Shown here: positions 1 through 9,448 of the stretch, piece by piece
How the letters are laid out: every line of letters begins with the position of its first letter
Numbering within the stretch: the stretch's first letter is position 1
Assembly (NCBI GenBank): GCA_017546085.1
Contig: JAFYXQ010000027.1
Span: 1-39,568, forward strand
Reading direction: 5' to 3'
From: Alphaproteobacteria bacterium
GTDB taxonomy: Bacteria > Pseudomonadota > Alphaproteobacteria > Rs-D84
Length of the DNA stretch: 39,568 nucleotides
Notes under the pieces: generated by a model
Told to the model about the DNA's origin: nothing
Database searches by the model: none
What the model saw: the letters and a program-made list of their open reading frames with translations, nothing else
Made by a program: the position numbers and the translations under genes

Positions 1-124
1 CAACGGTTTTTAATAATTGACGCATACTGTCCAAGCCGAATTTAGCAGTATCTGTTTTATATTCATTCAAAGCAGATAAAAATATATTTGCATATTTAGG
101 TGAAACTTTGACTATTTTTAACAT
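1..124 (-). CDS. 5' end of a FolC-like (folylpolyglutamate/dihydrofolate synthase) gene, partial, runs off the window
   Basis: Not in the ORF track (under 60 aa). Minus-strand ATG at 124-122 is preceded by AAGGGA. Translation MLKIVKVSPKYANIFLSALNEYKTDTAKFGLDSMRQLLKTV resembles the N-terminal KFG-L-R/M-LL-LG region of FolC proteins as I recall them. Confidence 0.35.
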   Translation of the reverse strand, partial: MLKIVKVSPKYANIFLSALNEYKTDTAKFGLDSMRQLLKTV

Positions 125-276
125 TTTGTTCCCTTTCTTTATATCAAAATCATTATATCACAAAATTTGTAGAAACAATTCTATTTCTTTCCCAAACCGC
201 AACAAATCATGCACCATATTAGTTCATGGATTGCACAGGGTGGCTTGTTATTGCCTGTTGTATGATTTGGTATTTT

Positions 277-1512
277 TTAGGACAGCGTAACAACACCATC
301 TGCGAATTCGATTGTTGATGGGACGCCAGAATCAGAACGACTGATTATAATCCCATTCGCATCACGCACAATGGCATATCCACGGGATAAAACGCTTTTA
401 TAACTTAACGAATTCAACATTTGCCCCAAATGTTGAACAGCCTGAGTCAGGGACATCATGCGATTTTGCAAAATATTTGGAAAACCTGAAACTAAATCCA
501 TTTTCTGATGCGAGGTTGTAATCTTGGTCATTATAACCAAATTCATCGTTCGTCCCAAATCATCAAGGCGTTGCGCCTGTTCCATGACAAACTGTTTTGG
601 ACTTTTGATATTTATCGATTCCATGCGTTGCTTGGCATTAATTAATCGGGTTGTAAAATTACCAGACAATCTAATCCACATATTGTCTAATTCCTGATGC
701 AGGGACAGTTTTGTTGGGACAACCGCCTCTGCCGCGCCAGTTGGGGTTGGCGCACGATAATCAGCCGCAAAATCAATCAACATCCAATCCGGTTCATGAC
801 CAACACCTGAAATTAACGGTATTTGACTTGCTGCGGCAGCCCGAACAACAATTTCTTCTGAAAATGGCAACAGATCTTCGAGTGAACCGCCGCCACGCGC
901 AACAATAATCACGTCCACGTTTTTCATACGATTAAAATATTCAATTCCGGCTGCAACCTCTGCCGCGGCAGTGGCCCCCTGAACGGTCGCAGGATACAAT
1001 AACACACGCACAGGAAAACGTTCACGCAAACGATTTTGAATATCCTGAAACGCGGCCCCTGTTGGACTGGTAACAACACCAATTGTCTGGGGCAATCGAG
1101 GCAAAGCCTTCTTTCGCGCGGGATCAAATAAACCTTCCGCTGCGAGTTTTTGCTTGCGTTCTTCAAGCATTTTTAGAATCGCACCAATGCCCGCCATTTC
1201 TATTTCGCTGGCAATAATTTGATAATTGCTGCGTGCAGGATATGTTGTAAATTTACCGGTAAGAATAACCTCTAACCCTTCTTCGAGTTTAAATGGGATT
1301 GGGGTCCCGCGCCAAACAATTACTGAAATCGCAGCACCCGCATCCTTAATCGTCATGTAAATATGTCCGGATGTAGCGCGCGTAATTTGGGATAATTCGC
1401 CACGGATTTTTATACGCGGAAATGCCGTTTCAACCACATTTTTCAGCAATGCTGATGCGTCTGTTACACTGAATACAAGGTCGTCTTTTATAAATGGTTG
1501 TGGCTTTTGCAT
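277..1512 (-). CDS. xseA: exodeoxyribonuclease VII large subunit
   Basis: 411-aa ORF. N-terminal OB-fold region (VSALLKNVVETAFPRIKIRGELSQ) and central GVVTSPTGAA...ARGGGSLEDL motifs are typical of XseA. Confidence 0.9.
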   Translation of the reverse strand: MQKPQPFIKDDLVFSVTDASALLKNVVETAFPRIKIRGELSQITRATSGHIYMTIKDAGAAISVIVWRGTPIPFKLEEGLEVILTGKFTTYPARSNYQIIASEIEMAGIGAILKMLEERKQKLAAEGLFDPARKKALPRLPQTIGVVTSPTGAAFQDIQNRLRERFPVRVLLYPATVQGATAAAEVAAGIEYFNRMKNVDVIIVARGGGSLEDLLPFSEEIVVRAAAASQIPLISGVGHEPDWMLIDFAADYRAPTPTGAAEAVVPTKLSLHQELDNMWIRLSGNFTTRLINAKQRMESINIKSPKQFVMEQAQRLDDLGRTMNLVIMTKITTSHQKMDLVSGFPNILQNRMMSLTQAVQHLGQMLNSLSYKSVLSRGYAIVRDANGIIISRSDSGVPSTIEFADGVVTLS

Positions 1513-1561
1513 TTTTTTATGATAAAATTTGTTTATTGTTCTTTAATAACGGAGTTATATT

Positions 1562-2515
1562 ATGAGTAATTTAGATAAATTGCAACAACTAAATACAAAC
1601 ATTCCACGCGAAACATTGGTTGTTGCGACAGATGGCCTTGTAATCAAACGTCCTGTTACAAAAAATAACCACGCCCCGAATAAAGCATGGCTAAAAAAAC
1701 AATATCATGCACAACAGGTTCAAGAATCTTTGCAAAAAACATCTGGAAAATGTTACTTTGTTCCACGGATGCTGGAAATTTCAAGCGAGGAAATGTTTGC
1801 AATTGAACAACGTGTGCCAGGTGCACCAGTTACAGAAAAATTCTTTGCCACATTATCTGATGCAGATAAAAATGTTATTTATATGGGCTTTGCACATTTC
1901 CTGAACGATATTAATCAATCAATGCCCGTATTAAATCAAAGCGACACATTCGACATCCCTGAACAACAAGGCGATATTTCATTTGATAAAATCATAAAAA
2001 AATTAAAAGAACATCTGTCTAGCAAAGAAAGAGACACACTGAAAAAATCAAAGGAATGGTTCGACAAACATGCAATTAATGATGCAAGTGTCGTATTTTG
2101 TCAAGGCGACATGAATGAACATAATATTTTCTATGATTTGAAAACAAAAACTGTATCTTTTATTGATTTCGCAGATGCACGTTATGAAAATGCACGTGAT
2201 ATGTTTCACCGTGATATCGCACGTCTGCTGTGGATTGATATAGATAAATTAATCACATTATATAAAAAATTGCCACGCACACAGCCTGTTATAACTGAAA
2301 CAAATCCAACCGTTGAAAGTATGCGCAGCAAATTATATAACATTAAATGCAACGGGTTAGAGGTGTTAAATGCAAACACTCGAACATTTCAAATACATTT
2401 AAAAATGCTGAAAGATGAAATTGCAAAGTTAGATAAATTTTTTGGTACGATAAAAGCTAATGAAAAATTAAATGCAACAATCAATAAAATCAATGGTTCT
2501 GATTATCAAAAATAA
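1562..2515 (+). CDS. phosphotransferase (APH/choline-kinase-like) family protein
   Basis: 317-aa ORF with a kinase catalytic-loop-like CQGDMNEHNIFYD followed by FIDFADA. This is the Brenner-type xxDxxxxN ... DF arrangement, with Q in place of the usual H. Confidence 0.6.
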   Translation: MSNLDKLQQLNTNIPRETLVVATDGLVIKRPVTKNNHAPNKAWLKKQYHAQQVQESLQKTSGKCYFVPRMLEISSEEMFAIEQRVPGAPVTEKFFATLSDADKNVIYMGFAHFLNDINQSMPVLNQSDTFDIPEQQGDISFDKIIKKLKEHLSSKERDTLKKSKEWFDKHAINDASVVFCQGDMNEHNIFYDLKTKTVSFIDFADARYENARDMFHRDIARLLWIDIDKLITLYKKLPRTQPVITETNPTVESMRSKLYNIKCNGLEVLNANTRTFQIHLKMLKDEIAKLDKFFGTIKANEKLNATINKINGSDYQK

Positions 2516-2519
2516 GCAT

Positions 2520-3641
2520 TTATAATTCTGTCAATGGCCAACGTGGGCGCGGCGCTATCGGTGCATCAACAATATTTCCGATTGCAAAATTTTCAAGTCC
2601 AGCCCACGCAATCATTGCACCGTTATCAGTACATAAATTCATCGGTGGCGCTGCAAAAACCATTTTGTTTTTCTGTGCCATTTTTTCCATAGCAGCACGA
2701 ATTGCAGAATTTTTCGCGACACCACCTGCAACAACCAATGTTTTTGGTGCAACATCACGCACACGTGAATCCCTTAACGCGTTTGATAAACGATTAACAA
2801 TACAATCAACAACCGCCGCCTGAAACGATGCACAGAAATCATTTATGAATTCGTCAGAATAAGGCGCATCAACCCGCCCAAGGAATGTTCGGGCCGCAGT
2901 TTTTATGCCGCTAAATGAAAAATCACAATTTGGTTTATCGCATAATGGACGTGGGAAATCAAACGCGCGCGGATTACCATTTTGCGCATATTTATCAACA
3001 ATTGGACCACCTGGATAGCCCAGCCCTAACATTTTTGCAACCTTATCATAGGCCTCACCCGCGCTATCATCAAGGGTTTGACCAATCATTTCGTATTGCC
3101 CCACACCATGCACTAATAAAATCTGACAATGACCGCCTGATGCCAGCATCAGCAAATATGGAAATTCAACCCCTGATTTTGCAATAGTACCATCTGCCAA
3201 CGTTGCACACAAACGCGGAACCAATGCATGTCCTTCTAAATGATTTACGGCGATTAATGGTTTATTTGTGGCTTGGGCAATACCGGTTGCTGCCATCCAA
3301 CCAACCAAGACCCCACCAATCAACCCAGGGCCCGCAGTTGCCGCCACCACATCAATATCATTAATCGTTTTATTCGCGTTTTTTAATGCTTGGGACACAA
3401 CATCTTCGATTGCCAAGATATGTGCGCGTGCCGCTAATTCCGGAACAACACCACCATATTTTTGATGTTCTGGGATTTGAGAGTAAATGATATGCGATAA
3501 AATATTTCGATCTGAATCAACAATCGCCGCAGATGTTTCATCACACGATGATTCAATTCCCAAACACAACGTAGCATGATCACTATGAACATTACTGTCC
3601 ATAGCGCCCATATCAATATGTAAAATTTTATCGTTGTTCAT
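2520..3641 (-). CDS. tsaD: tRNA N6-adenosine threonylcarbamoyltransferase
   Basis: LGIESSCDETSAAIV, NHLEGH and LASGGH motifs are present. The start is uncertain because there is a roughly 25-aa N-terminal extension before the conserved core. Confidence 0.92.
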   Translation of the reverse strand: MNNDKILHIDMGAMDSNVHSDHATLCLGIESSCDETSAAIVDSDRNILSHIIYSQIPEHQKYGGVVPELAARAHILAIEDVVSQALKNANKTINDIDVVAATAGPGLIGGVLVGWMAATGIAQATNKPLIAVNHLEGHALVPRLCATLADGTIAKSGVEFPYLLMLASGGHCQILLVHGVGQYEMIGQTLDDSAGEAYDKVAKMLGLGYPGGPIVDKYAQNGNPRAFDFPRPLCDKPNCDFSFSGIKTAARTFLGRVDAPYSDEFINDFCASFQAAVVDCIVNRLSNALRDSRVRDVAPKTLVVAGGVAKNSAIRAAMEKMAQKNKMVFAAPPMNLCTDNGAMIAWAGLENFAIGNIVDAPIAPRPRWPLTEL

Positions 3642-3646
3642 ATTAA

Positions 3647-3952
3647 TTAAATATTTTCTTTTAATTTAATACCTGTATGACATAGTGATGCCGCATCACG
3701 TACAGCCATTTCGCCTGATTCTGGCAGGGCAGACATTTTATCAATACATGCAACCAACAATGTAACATCACGATCTGCACCTGTCATAATTTGTGCAGCG
3801 GCAATTCGCCTATCCATAGATGCAGCACGCCAATCCTTTAGAAAACCAGTTTCAAGGGTATTGCTGCGCTGCGCAAAGAAGAATACAATTAATGCCAATA
3901 ATAATACTGCGACACCAACCAACAATTTAAAATACTTCTTTATAAAATTCAT
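3647..3952 (-). CDS. hypothetical membrane-anchored protein
   Basis: 101-aa ORF with one N-terminal TM helix (LLVGVAVLLLALIVFFFA). It sits tightly packed between the 127-aa ORF and tsaD, with 2-nt and 5-nt gaps. Confidence 0.5.
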   Translation of the reverse strand: MNFIKKYFKLLVGVAVLLLALIVFFFAQRSNTLETGFLKDWRAASMDRRIAAAQIMTGADRDVTLLVACIDKMSALPESGEMAVRDAASLCHTGIKLKENI

Positions 3953-3954
3953 GT

Positions 3955-4338
3955 TTATCTTCTCCTACGTTTCCATGCATCTAATTTTTTCATAAATTCT
4001 TCGGAAAATGTGGCAGCATTATCCAACAAATCCTGTTCTGTCATAATCTGATTCTGAATTGAAGAAACCTTGGATTCTACAAAAATCTTGGTCGGTGTTT
4101 CCGTATAATACAAGCCATGATTAGATTGTTCGCAAACAATTTCATCCGCACTGATGCGATAAATATCTGTCCAAATTGCACCACCCATTTTATTCTGAGA
4201 TTTACGCAATTCACGTTCTGCAATCGCTATATTAGGACACATCCAAACACGCGTATCATATGGCCACCATTGTTCACCGCGAAGATATTCATGGTTTTTA
4301 TTCCCCAACATATAAGCTGTCAAATGTTTGAAATGCAT
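3955..4338 (-). CDS. hypothetical protein
   Basis: 127-aa ORF with an ATG preceded by AAGGGA. I recognise no family. Confidence 0.45.
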   Translation of the reverse strand: MHFKHLTAYMLGNKNHEYLRGEQWWPYDTRVWMCPNIAIAERELRKSQNKMGGAIWTDIYRISADEIVCEQSNHGLYYTETPTKIFVESKVSSIQNQIMTEQDLLDNAATFSEEFMKKLDAWKRRRR

Positions 4339-4353
4339 AAATATTCCCTTTTC

Positions 4354-4695
4354 TTATTCGCACCTTACGAGCCAGACATCGTAATCTGGATGCTGTAATG
4401 GATTTTGTCCAGGCTCATTACGTGTCATCCAATTGCTGTAAAACTTACCCTTGTCCTGATCTGAAATTTCAAGAAACGCAAAGTAATCTTCCGCTTGAAA
4501 TGGGTCAGACTGCTTACAATTTCTGACATTGATAAAAATCTTTTCAAATTGTAATTCGTTACCAACAGGAATATTAATTTGCTGTACCTTACCGGCATCC
4601 TTGTCCATAATGCGCAAGACAGCAATATTTCGTTCAATATACGCATCTGCCACGACAGGCAATACGCATAATAAAAGGGCAAATATTTTTTTCAT
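4354..4695 (-). CDS. secreted DUF2155-like protein
   Basis: Start moved to MKKIFALLLCVLPVVADA, a signal peptide. The body (LRIMDKDAGKVQQINIPVGNELQFEKIFINVRNC...YFAFLEI) resembles the alphaproteobacterial DUF2155 family as I recall it. Confidence 0.55.
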   Translation of the reverse strand: MKKIFALLLCVLPVVADAYIERNIAVLRIMDKDAGKVQQINIPVGNELQFEKIFINVRNCKQSDPFQAEDYFAFLEISDQDKGKFYSNWMTRNEPGQNPLQHPDYDVWLVRCE

Positions 4696-4744
4696 ACTAT
4701 TAATGATACCCCCCAAATCCACACATGTCAATTTGCAATGTAAA

Positions 4745-4770
4745 ATAAAAAATCCCCCAAAATGGGGGAT
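4745..4770 (-). terminator. intrinsic terminator downstream of rnj
   Basis: Stem ATCCCCC / GGGGGAT with a 5-nt loop, followed on the minus strand by a T-run. Confidence 0.7.
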
Positions 4771-4773
4771 AGA

Positions 4774-6585
4774 TTATTTCTGAATAAAATGCACGCGGTA
4801 TTGCGGTTTTTTATCCGCACCAAGGGATGCACGAACAACCTTGTTTGATGCAGTTTGCACCGCACGAACAAGATTATTTTTATCCTTACGTTCTGCCTTG
4901 GTCAAACCATCGATTGCGCGCGTGATTTCAATCTGAATCTGACGCTTCATAAAACCGGTTTCATCAGTTTCAAAGATACCGGCACTGGAAACTTCTGGGG
5001 TCCCCTTCAGAAAACCACGTTTATCAATCGGCAGAGTTACAAATACCGCGCCATTGGTCGCAATTTTCTTGCGGTTTTTATAAACCTGATCGTTGGCACT
5101 GCGTTCTGTTTCACCTTCCATAACAACGTATGAAGTTTCTATGGTTTCTGCAATATATGGTTCATTGCCATCTGATAAAGCAAGCATTTCACCATTATGG
5201 ATTACCATCATATGTTTTGCACCACCACGTTCCATCGCCATTTTACCGTTTAACATTTCGTTAATATAATCGCCATGCATTGGAACCGACACCTGAGGAT
5301 GAACCATATCATAAAATTTTTCTAATTCTGGACGGCCCGCATGTCCACTGGCATGAACGTTATCTGTATCAAAGATAGTATGCGTTTTAATACCCATACG
5401 TGCCAATTTGTTATACAGGTATGAAACGTCCTGTTCGCGCCCCGGGATAATAATCGCGCTAAAAACAACTGTGTCTGTTGGTTGCAGTTTCATTTCCTTG
5501 ACCTGACCATGACACAGGCGGGTCAACATCGCAAACTTTTCACCCTGGGAACCTGTCAAAAATATAGCCTGTTTTTCAGCCGGCAAATCCTTGATTTCAC
5601 TGTGCAGATACACGTCATCCTTGTTCAAATAGCTAAATTTAATCCCCATTTCACGAAATTCCGGCAGACCAACATATGGCACAGGATTTGGATTACTACG
5701 TTCCTTAATCGCGGCAACGCGACCAGATGCACGTGCAGCCTCTGCAAACATTTTGATACGCGCCAAACTGCGTGAATATCCAGTTACAATTACACGACCC
5801 GGGGCATTTTTCATAATTTCCGTTAATGTATCACGAACCTGCGTTTCTGTAACCTGCTTCGTTTGACGTGAAGAATTTGTTGAATCACACATACATGCCA
5901 ACAATTTCGGATCAGAACCAATTTCACGCAGACGTGCGAAGTCTGTTGGTGCCTCTACCGGAATGTCGTCATTAAATGTCCAGTCGCCAGTATGCAAGAT
6001 TTTACCGGCATCTGTTTTAATAATTAACATTTGCGCTTCGGGAACAGAATGGGTTACATGGAATGTTTCAATTGTAAAAGGATCAAGTTCCACAGTTGCA
6101 CCATTATGGTCAAATTCAACAATGTCTGTGGTTGGGTTGAAATCCATTTCAATACCCGCAAATGTACGACGTAAAATTTCCGCAGGGAAACGGGTACAAT
6201 AAATTGGTTTTCTAAATTTTGGCCAAACATATTTTAATGCACCAATATGGTCTTCGTGCCCATGTGTTACGATAAAACCAACGACATCCTTCTTGCGCTT
6301 TTCAAGCCAGGTTGTATCACAATACTGAACGTCCCCTGCCCCAATTTCTTCGTCAAGGAACCCCATACCACAATCAACAATTAAGTATTTACCGCGGAAC
6401 TTGTAAACATACATATTCTGACCAATATGTTCCAAGCCACCCAATGCCATAAAATACATTTTATCATCATTGGCATCGATTTCATGTTTATTCATCCCCT
6501 TAATCGCGCTTGGGGTTTTCGGCGTAGCACCCTTTTTTAATGGCGCTGATTTTTTTTCTTTTGTTTTTTCTTTTACTTTTACCAT
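4774..6585 (-). CDS. rnj: ribonuclease J
   Basis: 603-aa ORF with the metallo-beta-lactamase HxHxDH motif (THGHEDHIG), a beta-CASP-like body and a Lys-rich N-terminal extension. Confidence 0.9.
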   Translation of the reverse strand: MVKVKEKTKEKKSAPLKKGATPKTPSAIKGMNKHEIDANDDKMYFMALGGLEHIGQNMYVYKFRGKYLIVDCGMGFLDEEIGAGDVQYCDTTWLEKRKKDVVGFIVTHGHEDHIGALKYVWPKFRKPIYCTRFPAEILRRTFAGIEMDFNPTTDIVEFDHNGATVELDPFTIETFHVTHSVPEAQMLIIKTDAGKILHTGDWTFNDDIPVEAPTDFARLREIGSDPKLLACMCDSTNSSRQTKQVTETQVRDTLTEIMKNAPGRVIVTGYSRSLARIKMFAEAARASGRVAAIKERSNPNPVPYVGLPEFREMGIKFSYLNKDDVYLHSEIKDLPAEKQAIFLTGSQGEKFAMLTRLCHGQVKEMKLQPTDTVVFSAIIIPGREQDVSYLYNKLARMGIKTHTIFDTDNVHASGHAGRPELEKFYDMVHPQVSVPMHGDYINEMLNGKMAMERGGAKHMMVIHNGEMLALSDGNEPYIAETIETSYVVMEGETERSANDQVYKNRKKIATNGAVFVTLPIDKRGFLKGTPEVSSAGIFETDETGFMKRQIQIEITRAIDGLTKAERKDKNNLVRAVQTASNKVVRASLGADKKPQYRVHFIQK

Positions 6586-6820
6586 TTATTAACCTTTGTT
6601 TATGTTTAACATTGCATAACCACCCAATTCATTACCAATAAGTTTTTTTGCCTATACGTAGTGAATCTGTGGTTATGCGTTCATATCCCATGATATTTAT
6701 TTATTCCAATAAAAACACAGGAATTATTTCATGCAGATGTATTGTTATCTGCATCCCCTACATGATAAATTCCTACATATTGTAGTACAAATTTGTCTAA
6801 AATCAAGCCAATAAATGAAA

Positions 6821-6847
6821 TTCGCCCATTCAACACAAATGGGCGAA
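6821..6847 (-). terminator. intrinsic terminator at the distal end of the phage-like block
   Basis: Stem TTCGCCCA / TGGGCGAA with an 11-nt loop, directly after the stop at 6852. It is followed on the minus strand by T-rich sequence. Confidence 0.6.
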
Positions 6848-6851
6848 TGAT

Positions 6852-7109
6852 TTATTTTATTACCGCACCCTTGATTAAATTCAGGTCTTCTTTGATATCA
6901 TCAATTTTTATCTGAATTTGACCAATGCCCGTTTCAAGTATTGTTGTGCGGTTTTCGAGTGATGATACACGTGCATTTACACGTTCAAGTTCTGATACTG
7001 AAAAATCTTGGCGGGCAACCCAATAAATTAGCCCGCCAATAAAAGCAATCAAAAACCAACTGTCGCGCAAAAAGTCAATAAAAGATATTGCACCATTACT
7101 TCCCACCAT
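6852..7109 (-). CDS. phage-block membrane protein (one TM helix plus coiled coil)
   Basis: The ORF-track start at 7136 is a TTG. The internal ATG at 7109 has a G-rich SD (GGGGGG). Features are a TM helix WFLIAFIGGLIYWV followed by a heptad-like C-terminus. Confidence 0.5.
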   Translation of the reverse strand: MVGSNGAISFIDFLRDSWFLIAFIGGLIYWVARQDFSVSELERVNARVSSLENRTTILETGIGQIQIKIDDIKEDLNLIKGAVIK

Positions 7110-7308
7110 AATCAGCCCCCCGTCCACGCGATACAAGGGATTCTATTTGATGAATAAGGGAACGCTGACCTTCGACAAAGCGAAGTTGCGAATCCGACAC
7201 ATCCGGTCCCAGCGCACGTTCAATCGTTATTTGGCGCAAATGTTCCAATACGCGTTTGCCTGACGCAGTTCCAAATGTGCGAGCATACGACTGTTCGATA
7301 TCTATCAT
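7096..7308 (-). CDS. small phage-block protein, function unknown
   Basis: 70-aa ORF whose start overlaps the portal stop in an ATGA arrangement. Confidence 0.5.
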   Translation of the reverse strand: MIDIEQSYARTFGTASGKRVLEHLRQITIERALGPDVSDSQLRFVEGQRSLIHQIESLVSRGRGADYGGK

Positions 7309-8540
7309 AACTGCCCCCCAAGAACTGATTCAATCGCCGTCATTTGCGCAATTGGGGCGATATATTTTAATTCTGCATCACCATTTAATTTTATTGGTAA
7401 AATTAATCCACGCGATGACAAAATTTGTAGCCCCCTGTCGCATAGTGGCCTGATAAATTCATGCAGCAAACGCCCATATGTTGCACCCAAGATTCGCATC
7501 ATATCTGAATTTCGCGCCATGATTTCCGTTGCTGTCATTTCTTTTTCTGACAATAATCCTAGTCTGTCTGCAAGCATCGTATGGCGTATGCGTTCGCGTA
7601 AATCCTTTAAAATAATTTGCGACACATCAAAATTTGAACCGCTTTGCAATGGTGTCAGACCAGTTGAACCGACCGCCTTAGGTATAATGGCACCTGGGGT
7701 CAGATTTATGTTATTTAGATTTATAACACCATCATCATCTGCCTGCCAAATGCCTGATACTGCGATAGTCGCGTTTTTCAAAACCAATTCTACAACCTTG
7801 TTCGCGGTTTTTATATCTGGCATTGCACGTAATACAGGACCGCGACCGTACAATTCACCACTGATTACTGACCAGCGAAAGATTATATACGGATTCGTTT
7901 CAAATGAGCCTGTGGATACAATATTATTTTCAATATCACCACCGACATCCAACCAAGCTGTAAATTCTGTACCAACCAAGGACTGAACTAACTTTAATTG
8001 TGTTTCCGGATCGCGTTTTATCATATCACGCAAATTTGCAGGAGGTGTCCATGTTGGGTATCGCGATATCACCTCATTGGCAGACATAGATGTGGTGTGA
8101 AATACTGCATTTGGTAAAATCGCAATGTCAGACATTGGAATCGCCGTAAATGTAAATGCCGACGATGAACCTATTGGGGATTGCCCCATAAATAAGCACG
8201 CAGTCCCCAATGTTACCAAATCCATATAGCACTGATGTATCGTGGTATAAAAATTAGAATCATTTAGATTTGAACGCAATACAGATGTAGCATAATCTGC
8301 ATTTTGGGCAAAATCGCTTTCGCCAACCAACTGAATCCATAATGATTCTGGCGGGGTTAACAAAGTATAAATAGATGCCGCCAAATTGTCTGCCGCATCC
8401 GATGCAGTCGCGTCAAACAATGTTGCTGCTTCATCATCAGCAGTTGGCATTGTATAACGACGCGCATCATCCCAACGACGTAACCATGGTTCGCGTTTAT
8501 CCAAGGCCTGTTTATACAAAGAATATAAGTTTTGTTTCAT
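7305..8540 (-). CDS. portal (head-to-tail connector) protein, T7 gp8-like
   Basis: N-terminus SLYKQALDKREPWLRRWDDARRYTMP parallels T7 gp8 SVYERLKNDRAPYETRAQNCAQYTIP. The internal GELYGRGPV parallels gp8 GESYGRSYI. An AAGGAG SD is present. Confidence 0.8.
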   Translation of the reverse strand: MKQNLYSLYKQALDKREPWLRRWDDARRYTMPTADDEAATLFDATASDAADNLAASIYTLLTPPESLWIQLVGESDFAQNADYATSVLRSNLNDSNFYTTIHQCYMDLVTLGTACLFMGQSPIGSSSAFTFTAIPMSDIAILPNAVFHTTSMSANEVISRYPTWTPPANLRDMIKRDPETQLKLVQSLVGTEFTAWLDVGGDIENNIVSTGSFETNPYIIFRWSVISGELYGRGPVLRAMPDIKTANKVVELVLKNATIAVSGIWQADDDGVINLNNINLTPGAIIPKAVGSTGLTPLQSGSNFDVSQIILKDLRERIRHTMLADRLGLLSEKEMTATEIMARNSDMMRILGATYGRLLHEFIRPLCDRGLQILSSRGLILPIKLNGDAELKYIAPIAQMTAIESVLGGQL

Positions 8541-8584
8541 GATAAAAAAACTCCTTTTTTTAGGTTATGAGTGTTCTTTGCTTA

Positions 8585-9448
8585 TTAAATTTTGAAATTT
8601 GTGTTTGCTGAAAATGTCTTTATCGTTCCCCCAACTGGGCGCACAGGTATCGGGGGCTGTGCAATCGCGCCTGCCACAGCATCAAGTCCATCATCATGCA
8701 TACCATTGCCCAATGGGGACCAACCCAACATTTCTGACATTAATGGGGTTTGTGTTACGCGCGCATGTGCGTACAGGCGCCCTGTGGACAAAACCGGTTC
8801 AATTGCGTCTAAGATTCGATCTGATTTTGCACGATTGTTTGAAACCCGATTTACATAGATATTCATTCCGCTGCGCGATGCACAATCACGCATAATTTCG
8901 GGTATTCCGCCGCCAATTCCATTTGTTTCAATTGTTATTCGACACAGTCCATATTTTCGCATGAATTCAAGAACCATATCACACTGTTTTGACAATGGGA
9001 ATTGTTCTTCGTCTGACACAGTTAGATACAAGATATTATGTATAAAAACTGTGCGCGACCTGTCATCACGATACAATAAAACACAGGCACTGCCATCGCG
9101 TCCCCTGCGTCCAGTTGACGGATCCCAATACAAAACAGAACCTGAAATCTGATACGTTCCGATTTTTGCATTGCGCGCATCAAATTCCATATCATAAAAA
9201 TGAATTCCGCCAGGGTCTAAACGCGCACGATCCGGCGGCATGAAATCGAGCATCATTTGCGCAGAAAAATGTCGCAGTCCAACAATTTCACGCATTTGTT
9301 CAATCTTGTCTATTGGGAACAATTCCGGCCACACAGGATTTCCATCACTGTCAACTATCGGAATTCGTAATATTTTATACCCCCGTAAAAAAGGAATTGA
9401 AAAAGCATTTTTTTCATATAACATTGAACCAAAGAAGGAATTAGACAT
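8585..9448 (-). CDS. terminase large subunit, C-terminal (nuclease) half of a split gene
   Basis: VWPELFP...FSAQMMLDFMP linker, YWDPSTGRRGRDGSACVLL, ITIETNGIGGG and HDDGLDAVAG fit a TerL RNase-H-like nuclease domain. The start is placed at the ATG at 9448, which has a GGGGG SD. The ORF-track start at 9523 is a TTG lying antisense to dnaB. Confidence 0.72.
   Translation of the reverse strand: MSNSFFGSMLYEKNAFSIPFLRGYKILRIPIVDSDGNPVWPELFPIDKIEQMREIVGLRHFSAQMMLDFMPPDRARLDPGGIHFYDMEFDARNAKIGTYQISGSVLYWDPSTGRRGRDGSACVLLYRDDRSRTVFIHNILYLTVSDEEQFPLSKQCDMVLEFMRKYGLCRITIETNGIGGGIPEIMRDCASRSGMNIYVNRVSNNRAKSDRILDAIEPVLSTGRLYAHARVTQTPLMSEMLGWSPLGNGMHDDGLDAVAGAIAQPPIPVRPVGGTIKTFSANTNFKI

Noticed and set aside
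4763-4777. 15-nt exact repeat tgggggatagattat, also at 27529-27543
   Set aside because: A single 15-mer coincidence is about what is expected by chance in a 40-kb two-strand comparison. The two contexts are unrelated (a terminator and an SD region).
9240-9446. 69-aa N-terminal extension of the dnaB ORF in the track
   Set aside because: This stretch is antisense to terminase coding sequence. The conserved DnaB N-terminus begins at the ATG at 9447, which has a good SD.
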